This document shows positions 25,201 through 38,400 of a DNA stretch of 64,000 nt, one piece after another. The stretch comes from Selaginella moellendorffii. Its lineage: Eukaryota > Plantae > Lycopodiophyta. The notes beneath the pieces are model-generated. The model worked only from the letters and a program-made list of their open reading frames with translations, made no database searches and was not told the DNA's origin. The stretch lies in the NCBI RefSeq assembly GCF_000143415.4, contig NW_003314347.1:271438-335437 (forward strand), in the 5' to 3' direction. A program made the translations under genes and the position numbers. Each line of letters opens with the position of its first letter. The stretch's first letter is position 1.

Positions 25201-25415
25201 ACTCCGAGGATCGAAGACTTATGATGATGGAAATCATAACACTGGCACTCTAGATATATCTTCCTCCCACCACCACCACCACACCACCACCGTAACCATG
25301 CTCTAGCAAAAGGCCTCCTCATTTTTTTTGGTTCCCGATTTTCTGTGCTCGATCGATCTGTGCTTATTGTTGAGAAACCGTGTAGCAAGCGTAGAAGAAA
25401 ACCCAAAGCCACTAC

Positions 25416-25942
25416 CTAGTGCTCGTCCACCACGTTTACCAGCTCGTACTCCACCAGGGAGAGATTGTTGTCCTCCTTGACCACAAAGTCCGCCGGATCC
25501 GTCACCTCTATCCTCCCCCACTTGTCCACCGCCAAGCGCATCGATCCCTTGAACATGTCGATCTTCGCGTTGCGGATGATAATCGTCGTGCCTTCTTTCA
25601 CTTGATCCACTGGAGAAGAACACAAGCAAAAAAGTTCTCAGTAAGATCACAGCCAAAATCCATCCAAACCACAAAAGATCTCAGTCAAGCAAAGAATCCG
25701 AAAGAGAGGAGATCCAAAAGGGTCTTACCTTGCTCGTTTCTTGCGGCGAAAACGATCACTCCGGTCTCGTCCCCGACGATACACTCGGCGATTCGCATTT
25801 GGCGGACCTGGCTACCATCGGGGCGAGGCTTCTGGAGGACGAGCTTGGAGCTCAAGACCTTGACGACGAGGGTATGGCCGTTGGTGCCGGGCCGCAGCTG
25901 ATCTACCTTGCCAAACACCGGCTTGCGCAGCGGCTCCGCCAT
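25416..25942 (-). CDS. Small OB-fold nucleic-acid-binding protein (At4g28440-like), 2 exons
   Basis: LRKPVFGKVDQLRPGTNGH..IAECIVGDETG..RNEQ|VDQVKEGTTIIIRNAKIDMFKGSMRLAVDKWGRIE..NNLSLVEYELV. Confidence 0.92.
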
Positions 25943-26147
25943 CGCCTCTCGCGCCTCCGATCCAAGGATCAAGATCACAAAACCAAAAAGGAGAGACGAT
26001 CGAACCTCTCACGACACCGCCCTTCTCGCTCGAAAGAGGAAAAAAAAAAACAACCACGAAAACCTAGCGCCCGGGAATATTCCTTCCAAAAAACGTCCTT
26101 GTGAGGGATATTCTGCTGGCGTAACGCCCCCGGCGGGATATTCCGCC

Positions 26148-27926
26148 ATGCTGGACGCCGTGTATGACCGCAACCGGTTGATCCGGGCGCTGGGAATCGG
26201 CGGCCGCGTCGACCATGCGCGCCACGTGTTCGATGGGATCGCGCGCAAGGACGCGTACTCGTGGGTGAATATGCTCTGCGCATATGCCCAGAATGGGTAT
26301 CTGGAGGAGTCCAAGAGGCTCTTTGATTCCATGCCGGAGCACAATGTGGTGACGTGGACGGCAATGGTGTCGGCGTACGGCAGGCACGGAAATGTGGTCC
26401 AAGCCAAAGACGTGTTTGATTCCATGCCGGAGAGGAATCTTCTCTCGTGGACGGCCATGGTGGTGGCATATGCCCAGAGCGGGCATATTCCCGCAGCACA
26501 ACTCGTGTTTGATTCCATGCCCGAGCGGAATTTGGTATCTTGGTCTGCCATGTTGGATGCATATTCGCAGGCAGGAGACTGCGTTCGGGCAAAGATCCTC
26601 TTTGATAGAATGAAGGAGAGGAATCTCTATGGATGGACTTCCCTTGTGTCGGCATATGCCAAGGCCGGACGTACGGAAGAGGCACTACGAATATTCCTGA
26701 AGATGCCGGAGTGGAGCCCTGTCTCATGCAATGCTATGATCGCTGCCTTCTCCGTGAACGGCCAGTTAAGCCAAGCAAAGGATCTCTTTGATAGAATGGC
26801 AGAATGGGACGTTTCATCGCTAAACGTTATGCTTTCGGCATATGCCCAAAGTAGTCATCTGGAAGATGCTCTGGTATTTTACGAGAAAATGCCATTGCGC
26901 AACAATGTTGCAGACACCGCAATGTTGGGAGTCTACGGAAAAGTAGGAAAGATTGAGGAGGCCGAAAGGATATTTTACGCAATGGAGCGTCACGATGTAA
27001 TCGCGTGGACGGCCATGATAACAGCATATGCCGAGAACGAGCATCTTGTTATGGCGAAGAAAGTATTTGATTCCATGAAAGAGAGAAACTTGATTTCTTG
27101 GAATGCTATCCTCGCTGCGTTTGTTCACTCCAAAGACATTGATCAAGCCAAATATTTGTTTGATCAAATGCAAGAATGGGACATAGTATCGTATACTCTG
27201 ATGCTCCACGCATATGCCCAACTTGGGCATCTTGACTTCGCCCAGGAGATCTTCCACTCGATGCCTCACCGCGACATCGTCTCCACCTCGGCCATGATCC
27301 ACGCTCTCTCTCGCAATGGCGAGCTCCAAAAAGCTCGCTCCATGTTTGATTCAATGCCTGACAAGAGCTACGTCGCATGGAGCTCGATCCTCTCCGCCTA
27401 CGCTCAAAACGGCCACACCCGCGAAGCCAAGCTCCTCTTCGACCGGATGTTCCACAGGGACGCGCTGGCCGCGAACTCAATCCTCGCGGCACTCGCCCAA
27501 AACGCCGATCCCGAGCTCGCGATCCAGTTCTTCCAGATCGCCATCGCCTGCGACGAGATCCTGCCGAGCCCGGTATCCTTTTGCTCCATCCTCGTCGCGC
27601 TTAGCCATGCCGGCGACGTCGATCGCGGGGTTGCGTGCTTCGCGTCCATGGTCGTGGATTTTGGCTTGGCAGCGATCAAGCAGCACTACAGCGCCATGAT
27701 CGATCTGCTGGGACGAGCGGGATACTTGGTCGAGGCGGAGGAGCTCATCACCTCCATGCCATTCGTCGGCGATGCTAGCGATTGGAAATCCTTGCTGGGA
27801 GCTTGCTCCAGCTTCACGGATCCTCGCCGGGGGGCTGTGGCGACGAGGCGCGCAGTTGGATTGGAACCCACAAGCGCGGCACCTTACGTTGTTCTTGCCA
27901 ATATAACCAGCACACGAAGAGCTTAG
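26148..27926 (+). CDS. PLS-class PPR protein (E domain, no DYW), intronless
   Basis: Tandem S-type repeats (FDSMPERNLLSWTAMVVAYAQSG..) and HYSAMIDLLGRAGYL..WKSLLGAC..EP..AAPYVVLANI. First ATG at 26148. Confidence 0.92.
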   Translation: MLDAVYDRNRLIRALGIGGRVDHARHVFDGIARKDAYSWVNMLCAYAQNGYLEESKRLFDSMPEHNVVTWTAMVSAYGRHGNVVQAKDVFDSMPERNLLSWTAMVVAYAQSGHIPAAQLVFDSMPERNLVSWSAMLDAYSQAGDCVRAKILFDRMKERNLYGWTSLVSAYAKAGRTEEALRIFLKMPEWSPVSCNAMIAAFSVNGQLSQAKDLFDRMAEWDVSSLNVMLSAYAQSSHLEDALVFYEKMPLRNNVADTAMLGVYGKVGKIEEAERIFYAMERHDVIAWTAMITAYAENEHLVMAKKVFDSMKERNLISWNAILAAFVHSKDIDQAKYLFDQMQEWDIVSYTLMLHAYAQLGHLDFAQEIFHSMPHRDIVSTSAMIHALSRNGELQKARSMFDSMPDKSYVAWSSILSAYAQNGHTREAKLLFDRMFHRDALAANSILAALAQNADPELAIQFFQIAIACDEILPSPVSFCSILVALSHAGDVDRGVACFASMVVDFGLAAIKQHYSAMIDLLGRAGYLVEAEELITSMPFVGDASDWKSLLGACSSFTDPRRGAVATRRAVGLEPTSAAPYVVLANITSTRRA

Positions 27927-27939
27927 CAAAGTTCTCCAG

Positions 27940-29129
27940 CTAGAGCTCGCCATCCCATAGCTCTTGTGGAGATTTGTATGGACTGGTTGTGGAGTTACAC
28001 AGCATTTCCCACTTCGCCAGCCTCTCCTGCGGAGCGATGCTTTCGATCTTTGCCAGATCTTGCTCGCTCAGAGAGAAGTCGAAGCTCTGGAGGTTTTGCG
28101 CGAGTCGATCGGGGTTGTAGCTCTTGACGATGGCACCGAGTCCGCGCGTGGTGATCCAGCGAAGAATTATCTGGAAAACAAGATGAAAACACTTTTCCAG
28201 GAACTTTTCCTTTGCTACACACCTGAGCTGGAGTTTTCTGGTACTTGGATGCGAGCTCTTGAACGACTGGATTGTCTAAAACGCTGCGAGAGCCCCATGG
28301 TTTTCCAAGACCACCCAGTGGAGACCATGCCACGACTTGGATCCCCACGCTGCTGCAAAAGTCTCGAAGCTTTCGCTGCTGCCACACTGGATGAAGCTCA
28401 ACCTTTTGGAAACACACAAGCAAATGTTATGGTGATCTTTGCTATAGAGGAGTGAAAGATGTGGCTACCTGGTTAACTGCTGGGATGACTTTGGCATGCT
28501 CCATCAAGTCCTGGAGCTTTTTCACGCTAAAGTTACTCACTCCAATCGCTCGAGCAAGACCCTGCTGCAAGCACTCCTCCATTCCCTGCCAAGTGCCTCT
28601 TAAATCTAATGGCAAGAAGTCTTCCTCGGCTGGAAAGGATGCGTAGTTCGTTCTTCTTATCTTAAGTGGAGCATGGATCAGATATAGATCCAAGTAGTCC
28701 AGCTTGAGATTGCTTTGGAGAAACACAGGAAAGAAAAAACTAGAATGAGCTGAAAAGAGAGAAAGAGATGAATACCTGAGGCTTGATTTCACAGCTCCAA
28801 GAACGTCGTCGTGCATGTCGCTATGGAGCTTGGAAGTGACAAAAAGCTGGGGTCTTGTAACGAGGCCGGCATCCATAGCCTGTGCGAGGCCGGCTCCAAT
28901 CGCAGCCTCGGTTCCATAGACACTGGCCGTGTCGAAGTGTCGATATCCAAGCTGGAGGAACAAAGTTCTAGCATTCCATTGTAGCAGAGGGGGAAAAAGA
29001 TACCTTGATCGCGCAAACAACAGCGTCGCTGATCTCCTGGGAGTCACTTCGGGTTCCACTGCCGAACCCAAGAGCCGGCATGGCGATGTGCGAAGGACTC
29101 TTGAGCGTCAACGAGGGAACCTCCGCCAT
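27940..29129 (-). CDS. Aldo-keto reductase (AKR4-like), multi-exon
   Basis: MPALGFGS, GYRHFDTASVYGTE, LFVTSKL, LDLYLIHAP, AIGVSNFS, PAVNQVELHP; C-terminus ELWDGEL*. Confidence 0.92.
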
Positions 29130-29216
29130 AGCCGAAAGTCCACGAAGTGAAAACGACGCGTATCAAAGACTTGGAAAACTTTCCACGATCAAAAGAAAGT
29201 TTTGTCTTGATCAGAT

Positions 29217-30414
29217 TCACGAGAAGTAGAGCTTGACAAGCTTCTTCAGGGTGTCAAAGATGCTCGTGAATGGATTGAACTCCACCGCTTTGGTGAGGCC
29301 CAGTGGAGGAGGATAGAAAGTGTTGCTCATCATCGCTTCCATCCCGGGAGCTGCCATCATCGCCGACAAATCGCCCATGGACATCTCCTGGCAGTCTTGA
29401 GGCGTGTCTTTGATCGCAGCGTCGTCATATCCCAGCTCTCCAAGGAATGCCTTGTACTTGTCGATGAACTCTCGCCCCGGGTTTGGAGTCCGCGAGTAGA
29501 TCTAGTTGGATCATCGAAAAAATGGAGGAGATCTTCGAAAAGCTTCGAGAAAAGCAACCAACCTGGACGAAGCTCGTGTCTTTCGCTCCCGAGACAAGAG
29601 CGTACGAGTCGTAGTCCGTGGAGATCACGTCGTATGGCTCCCTTGGGATGAATGGCAGCGTTGGGAAGCGAAGGTAGCATCTCTCGGAGACGCCACCTTC
29701 GATTTGCAGCGCCGCCACCTCGCGCTTGAGGCTGGTGTCCGCGGTACACTGGACTTTACCTCTGATCCCCGTCACGTATCCGTCGGGGGAGCCATGCACG
29801 CAAAATGTGTCCACTTGGAGCGCTCGGTTGGCCTCGTCGAACCGATACACTCCCTGTTACAGGATCCCAGACGAAAAGCCCATGAAGAAGAAGAGAGTTT
29901 CAAAGCGAGAATGAGAGAACTTGGAACTTACTTGTGTGCAATGGCAATCTTCCTGGCCTTGTCCGGCAAATCCTCGCTTGAGAGACGCGACTTCAAACCA
30001 TCGACCGGCATACCTGGCGGGATCAAAGTTCTTGGCGGTCATCCCGGCCATCATAAATGGCGGCGGCTTTTCTTCTTCGCTCGAACTGATCGTGGACGTC
30101 AAGGATTGATCAACATTGGTCGTCTGCTCCATGGCCTGTTCGAGAACTCCAGATTCTCAAAACTTTTGTGCGTGATCTTTAAAGAAGTGTTTCTTACCTC
30201 GCTCGTGTTCGTGCACAGGACTAGAACAGCCGCCGCCACTGCAGCGCGCTGAGCAACCTTTGCCGCGACATGATCCCCTTGGCTGCAAAACCGATCATAA
30301 AAAAGAAAACGCCTGGATTTTTATCTGTCACCTGTGACGAGAAGGTGATGGAGATGGAACTTCCGGACGAGCCCAAGCTACCGGATGGATCGCTCTTGAC
30401 GCTGAGCAAGCCAT
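29217..30414 (-). CDS. CHL: Chloroplastic lipocalin, multi-exon
   Basis: GMTAKNFDPARYAGRWFEVASLKRGFAGQGQEDCHCTQ|..VDTFCVHGSPDGYVTGIRGKVQC..CYLRFPTLPFIPREPYDVISTDYD..; C-terminus FDTLKKLVKLYFS*. Confidence 0.92.
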
Positions 30415-30442
30415 AGCCGGATAATGGATTTGCCAGATCATC

Positions 30443-30460
30443 TGACGTGGATACCACGTG
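30443..30460. promoter_or_regulatory. Paired ACGT elements (TGACGTGG and CCACGTG G-box/ABRE) in the CHL / phosphoesterase divergent promoter
   Basis: Motifs lie within the 160-bp region between the ATGs at 30414 and 30575. Confidence 0.45.
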
Positions 30461-30574
30461 ACCAAGTACGGAGTGATTATTCTAAGAGAATATACCATGG
30501 AAACACTCCTTCAGATTTTAACTTTTCTTATGATAAATGGTATATGCGTCATAGTATATGCTGCTCCTTGTTAG

Positions 30575-31998
30575 ATGGGTGGTGTGGTGATCTCCGTCGC
30601 GCTCATCATCTCTTTCTTGCTCCGTGCCACATTCCAGGATTCGCCCAAAAGTTCGCTGCGCTTTGATGGAGCCACAGGCAAGTTTAAGATCGTCGCTTTC
30701 GCAGACTTGCACTTTGGAGAGAATGCCTGGGAGAATTGGGGGCCGGAGCAGGACCGAAAATCCGACCGAGTCATGTCCTACATTCTCGATGCTGAAAAGC
30801 CAGGTGAGAAACACTGGGGAAAAACTCGCCAAGATCTATCTTTCATTTAGTTTGATTGAGAGCTGGGTTGTTTTGCAGACTTGGTGGTCTTCTTGGGTGA
30901 TGTTTTGACGGCCAACAATCTTCCTGTGAAGAATGCTACAAAGTACTGGAAGCAGGCAACCGAGGCCACCGCAAAGAGAAGCATTCCATGGGCGGCTGTT
31001 TTTGGGAACCACGATGACATGCCATTCGAATGGCCGGCACAGTGGTTTGGACCTTCCGGAGTTCCTGGAGCATCACCAGGTAAAAGCAATCTCTCAAGTA
31101 GACTTTAGATCATCATCAAGTTGAACTATCGGAAAAACTTTCTTTTTTCTCTTGTCCAGGACATTATGCCTACTTCCAAGGCACGAGTCGTGCAGAACTC
31201 ATGGAAGAAGATCTCAAGAGTGCATTTTCCGTTTCCGTGCAAGGCCCGCCATCGCTCTGGCCCAGCGTCTCCAACTTTGCTCTTCCAATTGCGTCACACA
31301 GGAAACCGGGATCCACAGCAGCACTTCTCTACTTGATGGACTCGGGTGGCGGTTCTTACCCCCAAGTCATCTCCGCGAAACAAGCATCTTGGTTCCGAGA
31401 TGTTTCGGCAGCTCTCAACCCCGACAACCAGTTAAGCTTTCATGCTCGATCCAAGTCTTCCAACTTTCCTGGTAGAATAACGCTTTGGAACTTTGTCAAG
31501 GACGCAAGAGCTCGTCTTCTGGCACATTCCAAGCAAGGCCTACGAATCCGTGGCTCCAAAGCCAAGCTCGCCCATAGCGGCTCCATGCATCGGATCCCTC
31601 AACGAGGAAAACGTCGCGAGCCAGTCGGCCGAGTGGGGAATCATGGGCATTCTCGCGAAGAGACCATCGGCAAAGGTAAGTGATCACTCGCTACAAAACT
31701 TCTCGATCGACTCTAACAGTTCTATGAATCTTATCACACAGGCAGTGGTGGTCGGGCATAACCACGGCCTGGATTGGTGCTGCCCAGCGGCAGTGGCGGC
31801 CTCTGGCTGTGTTTTGCTCGGCACAGTGGCTATGGAGGCTATGGAAGCTGGACGAGAGGCGCGAGAGTGATAGAACTGTCCGAGAACTCCGGCGAGAAAC
31901 CGAGAACTTGGATCAGGCTCGAGGATGGCCGAGTGGTGGGAGAGCTTGAGCTGGACAAGTCTGCCACGCGGCATCCACGTCACGATGCTGACTCATAG
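30575..31998 (+). CDS. Calcineurin-like metallophosphoesterase (PAP16/DCR2-like), multi-exon
   Basis: [69 protein letters not shown]. Confidence 0.9.
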
Positions 31999-33181
31999 CC
32001 CACATTGTTTTGCCCTAACGGACGGTGGAATGTTCCATCGTGCTTGACGCGTTTTCTTGTTAACTTCCATAGTCAACATTGGCTTTGTTAGTTAAGTGCT
32101 CGCCAGATCAGCTCGCGTGACGTGGCGCAATGGGAGGAATGATCATATATATGATTGAAAAGATTCCTTCTGGAAAGATAAAGATAAAAATGCTTTTCCC
32201 ATTTAGTGAGATTTTTACCTTTACCACCACGAAGTTACGTGGCTCGTCTCCTTGGCCATGAAGCATGTGATATTTTTTCCACACAAAAGGGGATGATATC
32301 TACGTAGCCTTTGCGGGAGTGCCTACACATGAAACCTCAGCTTTACCAGCCATTCAAGACAAAGGAATCTCCTGGGATGCGATAGAATATGCCATGGAAT
32401 CTTTTCGCAAGTGGTGTTTTGTCACGTTGCAAGTACGAGAAGAGCCGCGACTAAAATAACAAACGCCGGAGTTTTTTCTTTGATCGATCCAAAGTTTGCG
32501 CCCAGTGTTCTTTTGTTTGGAGTAATCAAATGGAGATTTTGGATATGATCGCCCACTCTGGGGATCTGTAAAATATTCTAGAATCTCCAATTTGTCCATG
32601 TGAATGCATTGGTAGCTTAACTAGTTGGGCATGCGGCCAATCAACGGTAGTGGGTATATGTTATGCTTTTGCCACTGGGCCGATGGATGACACCTGTCAC
32701 CAGTCCTTGCAGTGTAAACGTGAGCTGCGCAAGGACACTGTGCTTTTGGGGGCCTAAGCCCACTTAAAAGGAACCCCTGTTCGTTACCCGCCGGGGCAAA
32801 GGAAGGCGGCGACGAGCGCGTCCGTGAGAGGTGCGTTGTGATTCTACCCCAAGATTTCGAGCGATCGATGGATGCCGATCGATCGCCGCTTGGAATCCGT
32901 GCAATGGCACTGAAATGCGGTGTTTTGCAGCTCACGACGAGGCGATTTCCCGGAAATTTGGAGCTCCGCTTCGCAAGAGGTAGGGTGTCGAGGCACTGAT
33001 TCGCTCCTCTCTCGTCCTCGCTTGACGGCGAAGAGCACTAGTCCTCCCTCGCCACTGTAGCTTGGACTTTTTCCCTTGTCTTTCTCTTCCTTTCGTTTTC
33101 TCGATTCTATTGATTCGTGAAGCGTGGCTGTGCTTGTGTTGCTCGATCGCCAGATTGGAGAAGAAAGGGCGCTGGCACCGG

Positions 33182-34570
33182 ATGGAGGTTCTACGCTCGC
33201 CAGCCACTTGCCCAGTGCAGTGGCTCTCGGAAATGGTCTGGAGTTCTTTCGTTTTCTCTTCCTTGCTCACGGATCTCTTTGTTTTACTGCAGGGCATGGA
33301 AGATCCTAACCTTGTGACTCTCTCGGCTCCAGCCTCGGAGCATCTGGCCGCTCTCATGGGATGGCAAAGTGGTGGTGGCAACAACGAGGTTGGAGGAATC
33401 GAGTACAAAGTTGGGGAGTCTCTCGCTCGAGCCCAGCTGGGTGTTCGCCAGAGGTCCGATATCACTGTGGACGACTACCTTTGCTACGAGCGACCAGCCA
33501 AGATGCCAAAGTCGAATGCTTGGGAACAGCAGCAACAGTACCAAGGCTTCTCACACGGCGGTCCTCTCTATTTGCAAGACTCGAAGAACATGAAGACTGG
33601 CGGCCGGTTCCAGTATCAGCACAAGAAGTTTCCAGGTCTGGGATCTTATCTCCCAATGCTACAAGACGAGGGCTACGAGACGGTGGCACCACAGACTCCC
33701 ACGATCCAGGTCGAGGTCGGCGGCTCGCCAGGCTCAGTGGTTCAGGAGAACTCTTTCCTGGACTACAACCGAGTCATGGACACGCTGTCCTCGGCGGCAT
33801 CCGTGGAGAAGCTCTCCAGTCCCATGGCGATCAAGCAGGAAGCTCCAAGTGCCGCCAAGATGTCGTCCCCACAGGGAAAGACATCCGGGCACACGCTGGA
33901 TCACATCATGGCCGAACGGAAGCGGAGAGAGAAGCTCAGTCAACGTTTCATCGCACTCTCCGCCATTGTTCCGGGATTGAAAAAGGTACGCTATCACTTG
34001 CTCTGTGTTTTAAAATGGATCGTGCTTTTTTGACGTGATGGAATATGTTTCCTCTAGATGGACAAGGCCTCGGTTCTTGGCGACGCGATCAAGTATGTCA
34101 AGCAACTGCAAGAAAGGCTGAAGTCTCTTGAGGAGCACGTCTCCAGGAAAGGCGTCCAGTCCGTTGCCTACTGCAAGAAGTCTGTTCCAATGCACGGCGG
34201 CAGTAAGCAGGAGGACAAATACGGGAGCGTGTCGGACGACGACTTTTGTCCTCCGGAGATCGAAGCCCGCTACATGGGGAAGAACGTCCTGGTGAGAGTT
34301 CACTGCGAGAAGCGCAAGGGCCTCTTGGTCAAGTGCCTGGGAGAGCTGGAGAAGCTAAACTTGCTGGTGATCAACGCCAGCGCGCTGTCCTTCTCGGACA
34401 CTGTTCACGACTTCACTTTCACCGCACAGGTACCTTCTCGTTTTGTTTTCCTCGTATCGATCCAAAGCTTTTGGTTATTTTTTTATGCACAGATGGAAGA
34501 GGAGTTTCATCTGGCACCTGAGGAACTGGTGCGAGCCCTTCGGGATTTTCTCAAGACGGTCACCTTTTAA
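33182..34570 (+). CDS. bHLH transcription factor, subgroup IVa (bHLH18/19/20/25-like), exons 33182-33235, 33293-33985, 34058-34429, 34493-34570
   Basis: QWLSEM|GMED N-terminus; DHIMAERKRREKLSQRFIALSAIVPGLKK|MDKASVLGDAIKYVKQLQER; C-terminal ACT-like domain. Confidence 0.92.
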
Positions 34571-35296
34571 GCACCGGTTTGGAGGCGGCTAAGGAATAAT
34601 CTGGCCACGGTCGGCCTCAAGACACCATGACGCTGGTCAGTTCCTCTCCTTTTGGTTTGTTTTTTAGGGGGCGTGCGAGCTTCTTCTTCTTTTTCTAGCT
34701 CTTCAGGCTTGGTGGTTCCATCCAAGTGTACCAGTTTTTGTAGCTAGATGCTGTTGCTCCGGGGATTTTTTTTCTTGCAAATCTTGGTAGCACTGCTGCT
34801 GCTAAGTTTGCATTCCACCCTCTGCGAGCAGCCTTCTATGCTATTCTCTGGGCTTTTTCGTGGGCATTCTCGTGAGAGATCGCCTTCACTCTTTTACAAG
34901 CCTGAGAGGGACTGAGCTGGTTAGCTAAAAGCAAGCAAGCAAGCACTCTTTGTTTTTTTTCCTCTTTTTATTTCTTACTCTTTCTTTCTAGTTTCTGTAG
35001 AGAAGATGTACTCTGTCTAAAAACTGTTTGTTTTGTGTTAACTTAAAAAATTTAACTTGAATAATGTAAGAAAGTTTTGATAGTCTTCTCTGCCTAAACT
35101 TTTCTTGAAGTTTGAAACTTTTTATAATGATAAATTCAAAAGTAACATACATAAAAATTAAAAGATAAAAAATAGTTAAAGTTTGTATACAATCTTTTTA
35201 AATTAAACATAGTTTATAAGTTACATATAGTATTTTACCTCAAACTTGTTATAAACATTATCCATATTAATAAAATAAAATTTAATAATTTGGTAT

Positions 35297-35470
35297 TGTG
35301 AGTGCATGAAATATGGAAAGGGAATATGAAAATGTGCATATCAATTAACCCAAAAACCTAGCTTATATATAGGAGCAAGTGGTCCGGATTGAAATCAATC
35401 TGACGGCTACCAAAATCCCACTACGCTAATATTAGTATACAGCATCGTAGCCGTACACTTAGCCCTCACA
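35297..35470 (-). repeat. 3' LTR of outer Gypsy element
   Basis: TGTGAG..CTCACA, direct repeat of 47611-47785, adjacent to the PPT. Confidence 0.93.
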
Positions 35471-35499
35471 TCATCCCCTCCTCTCGGAATAATGGAAGG

Positions 35500-38400
35500 C
35501 TATTAGGGTTCTTTTGTAGATGGGCCGGGATTTGGAGGAATGTTAGAAGGAGGCATCGGCGGATCTGTAGACAGTATTAACTACTCTTGATCCCTTTGTA
35601 TGAAGTGTTTCAACCGTTACACATGCACAATCTCCGGAGGATCGGCCTGTTGAACGTCATGCTAAACCTCATAAACTTGCGGTCCAACTTGCCGCAACAC
35701 CCAATATGGTCCTTTCCACTGCGCAAGGAGCCCCTTAGATAAACCACATACCGTAAGATGGGGAAAACGGACTAATACCAAATCATCCACTTTATACTTT
35801 GCAGGTGGACGATGATAGGAGTTGTAGCACCGTTGTTGTCCCATTTGTATGCGGCCTAAGTGTTCGGCAGACTCTGCTCGGACAAGTGGAAGAATGCTCG
35901 TCAAATATTGATCCCATGACCTAACTTCAGGAGCTCGTGGCAATCGCAAAGGTAAACTGGTAATATTGGATCATGACCATATAAAAGTTTATATAGTGAA
36001 GCACCAACAGAACTCTGCACCCCTGTGACATAGGCATACCGAAGAGACGGCAAATAACCATCCCAATTCGAATTCTGAAAGTTCACATACTTCGCAATCA
36101 TCCCTTTGAATGTCTGAATGAGCCGTTCCACCAGACCCTTTGATTGTGGATGATAAGCACTCGTAAAAGTGTGGCGTATCCCCAACCGAGACATCAAAAC
36201 ATGAAATATCTTAGCCATAAATGCAGGACCATTATCCAAAAGAATCCGCTCTGGACAAGAATGCTGGAACACCACTCGATTGAGGAGGAAGTATTCAACA
36301 TCAGTTGCAGAGGCGCTAGCAAGAGCACCAACTTCCACCCAACGAGTCAAGTAGTCAGAAGCAATAATAACATACTCATTGTCAGCAGTCGACCGTGGAA
36401 AAGGTCCCATAAGATCAAACACCACCAACTCAAACGGATGGGAAATTGCAATTGATTCCAACCATCCTTCTGCAGCACAAGGGGGAGTATTACGAGCTTG
36501 GCACCAAACGCAGCTACACACATACCGGATAACATCACGTCGCATCTCCGGCCAATAGAAAGACCTGCGCAGCTTCTTGGTCACACGACGATGTCCCATA
36601 TGCCCATCTAGAATAGGAGAATCATGGTAGGCATGGAAAAACCGTGGAATAAAAATAGAAGGCACCACCAGCCATAAAGGATCATCAAGATCTGTCCCCA
36701 CAAAATAAAGGAGGCCATCTTCAAGATGATATTGAGAATGTAAATGCCGAAAAAGCAAGTTATCAGCAAGTGATGCAGGATTCTCAAATGCATCTCAAAG
36801 CCTTCGAATCCACGGCTCAATCTTTTGAGCCTCACGAACTTCATCAAGAGAAGGTAGATCTTGCTCTGCACCTTGTGGACACTGAACATCAAGTACAGCA
36901 ACCGCCGATGGCACAGAATCCTCGTCTAGAAAATCCACAGATGCTGGAACAATAGGCTTATCAGAAACATGAGAAGAGAGCAGAGAAGGAAGAGGAGCTC
37001 AATAAAGGGCATCAGCATCAACCATAGAACTCCCTGGGCGATGAACAACATCAAAATTATATATCTAAAACTTCAAAGCCCACCGAGCAGTACGACCAAC
37101 CAGGTTCTTCCGCTTCAATAATGAAGTAACGGCAGCATGGTCACCTTCAAGTAACATCCGAGAACCATGTAGATATGCATGAAGTTTCTCGAAACCCCAA
37201 ACTGCCACTAAACATTCCTTCTCTGTCGTGGAGTAGTTCACTTCTGCTGGTTGTAACGTACAGCTTATATATGCAATGGGATGACGTTGACCAGGCACAC
37301 TCAGGCTTTCTTGCATCAACACACCTCCGAGACCAATATTAGAAGCATCTACGTGCAAAATAAAAGGTCGAGTGTAGTCCAAAACCGGAAGAGTTGTTAA
37401 TAGCTCTTTGAGATTCACAAACGCTTGCTCACAATCTGAAGACCAGATGAAAAATGACGTTGATGACTTTAGCAACGCTCGCAATGGTGCAATGCGATTA
37501 GAAAGATGATCCACAAAACGACCAAGATACTGCACCTTGCCCAAGAAGCACTACACATCATTCACACACTTCGGAGTAGGGAACTTTAAAATGGCTATAA
37601 GTTTGTCAGGATCAACTTGCAAACCTTCACGAGAAATACGGTACCCAAGATAAGTTGTGTCCTTGGATCCAAACACGCACTTCGACCACTTCAGCTTTAA
37701 AACAACGTCCTGTAGCCAATCCAACACTTTACACACATCACGAATGTGCTCCTCCCACGTCCCCTCCGAGTGAATCAAGACATCATCAATGAAGTCAGTA
37801 GTCACCTCTGGCATATCACAAAGAACCTCGTCCATCATCCGCTGGAAAGTTGCTAGAGCATTGTTCAAACCAAACGGCATAACTAAGAACTCGTACAAAC
37901 CAAATGGTGTACGAAAAGCAGTCTTAGGAATATCTTCTTCGGCCATCAATACTTGCCAGTACCCAAAAGCAAGATTAAGCTTGGTGAACCAATGACTTCG
38001 CCCTAGACGATCTAAGAGATCAGCCGTGTGAGGAAGAGGGTACACATCCGGGATCGTCACTTCATTTAACGGACGATAGTCAATGCAAAAACGAATACTC
38101 CCATCAGGCTTCGTCACAAGATGAGGTTCACATGCCCAAGGACTCTGCGACTTTTGAATAACACCCTTCTCCAACATTTCCATGACGTTTGCACGTAAAA
38201 TTTTGATCTCCTTGGGTGATCGACGACGAACAGGAACCTTGATTGGACGAGCATCCCTGGTTGGAATCAGATGACGTGTGGCAATCTTGGCCCCAGAAGA
38301 TAGGTCAAATTCAAAGAGATCAAAATACTCCTTCATGAGCCGATCAACAGCTGCAACACAAAGATCTTCGGAGGGATCGGAAAAGGGAAGAGCAAAACAA

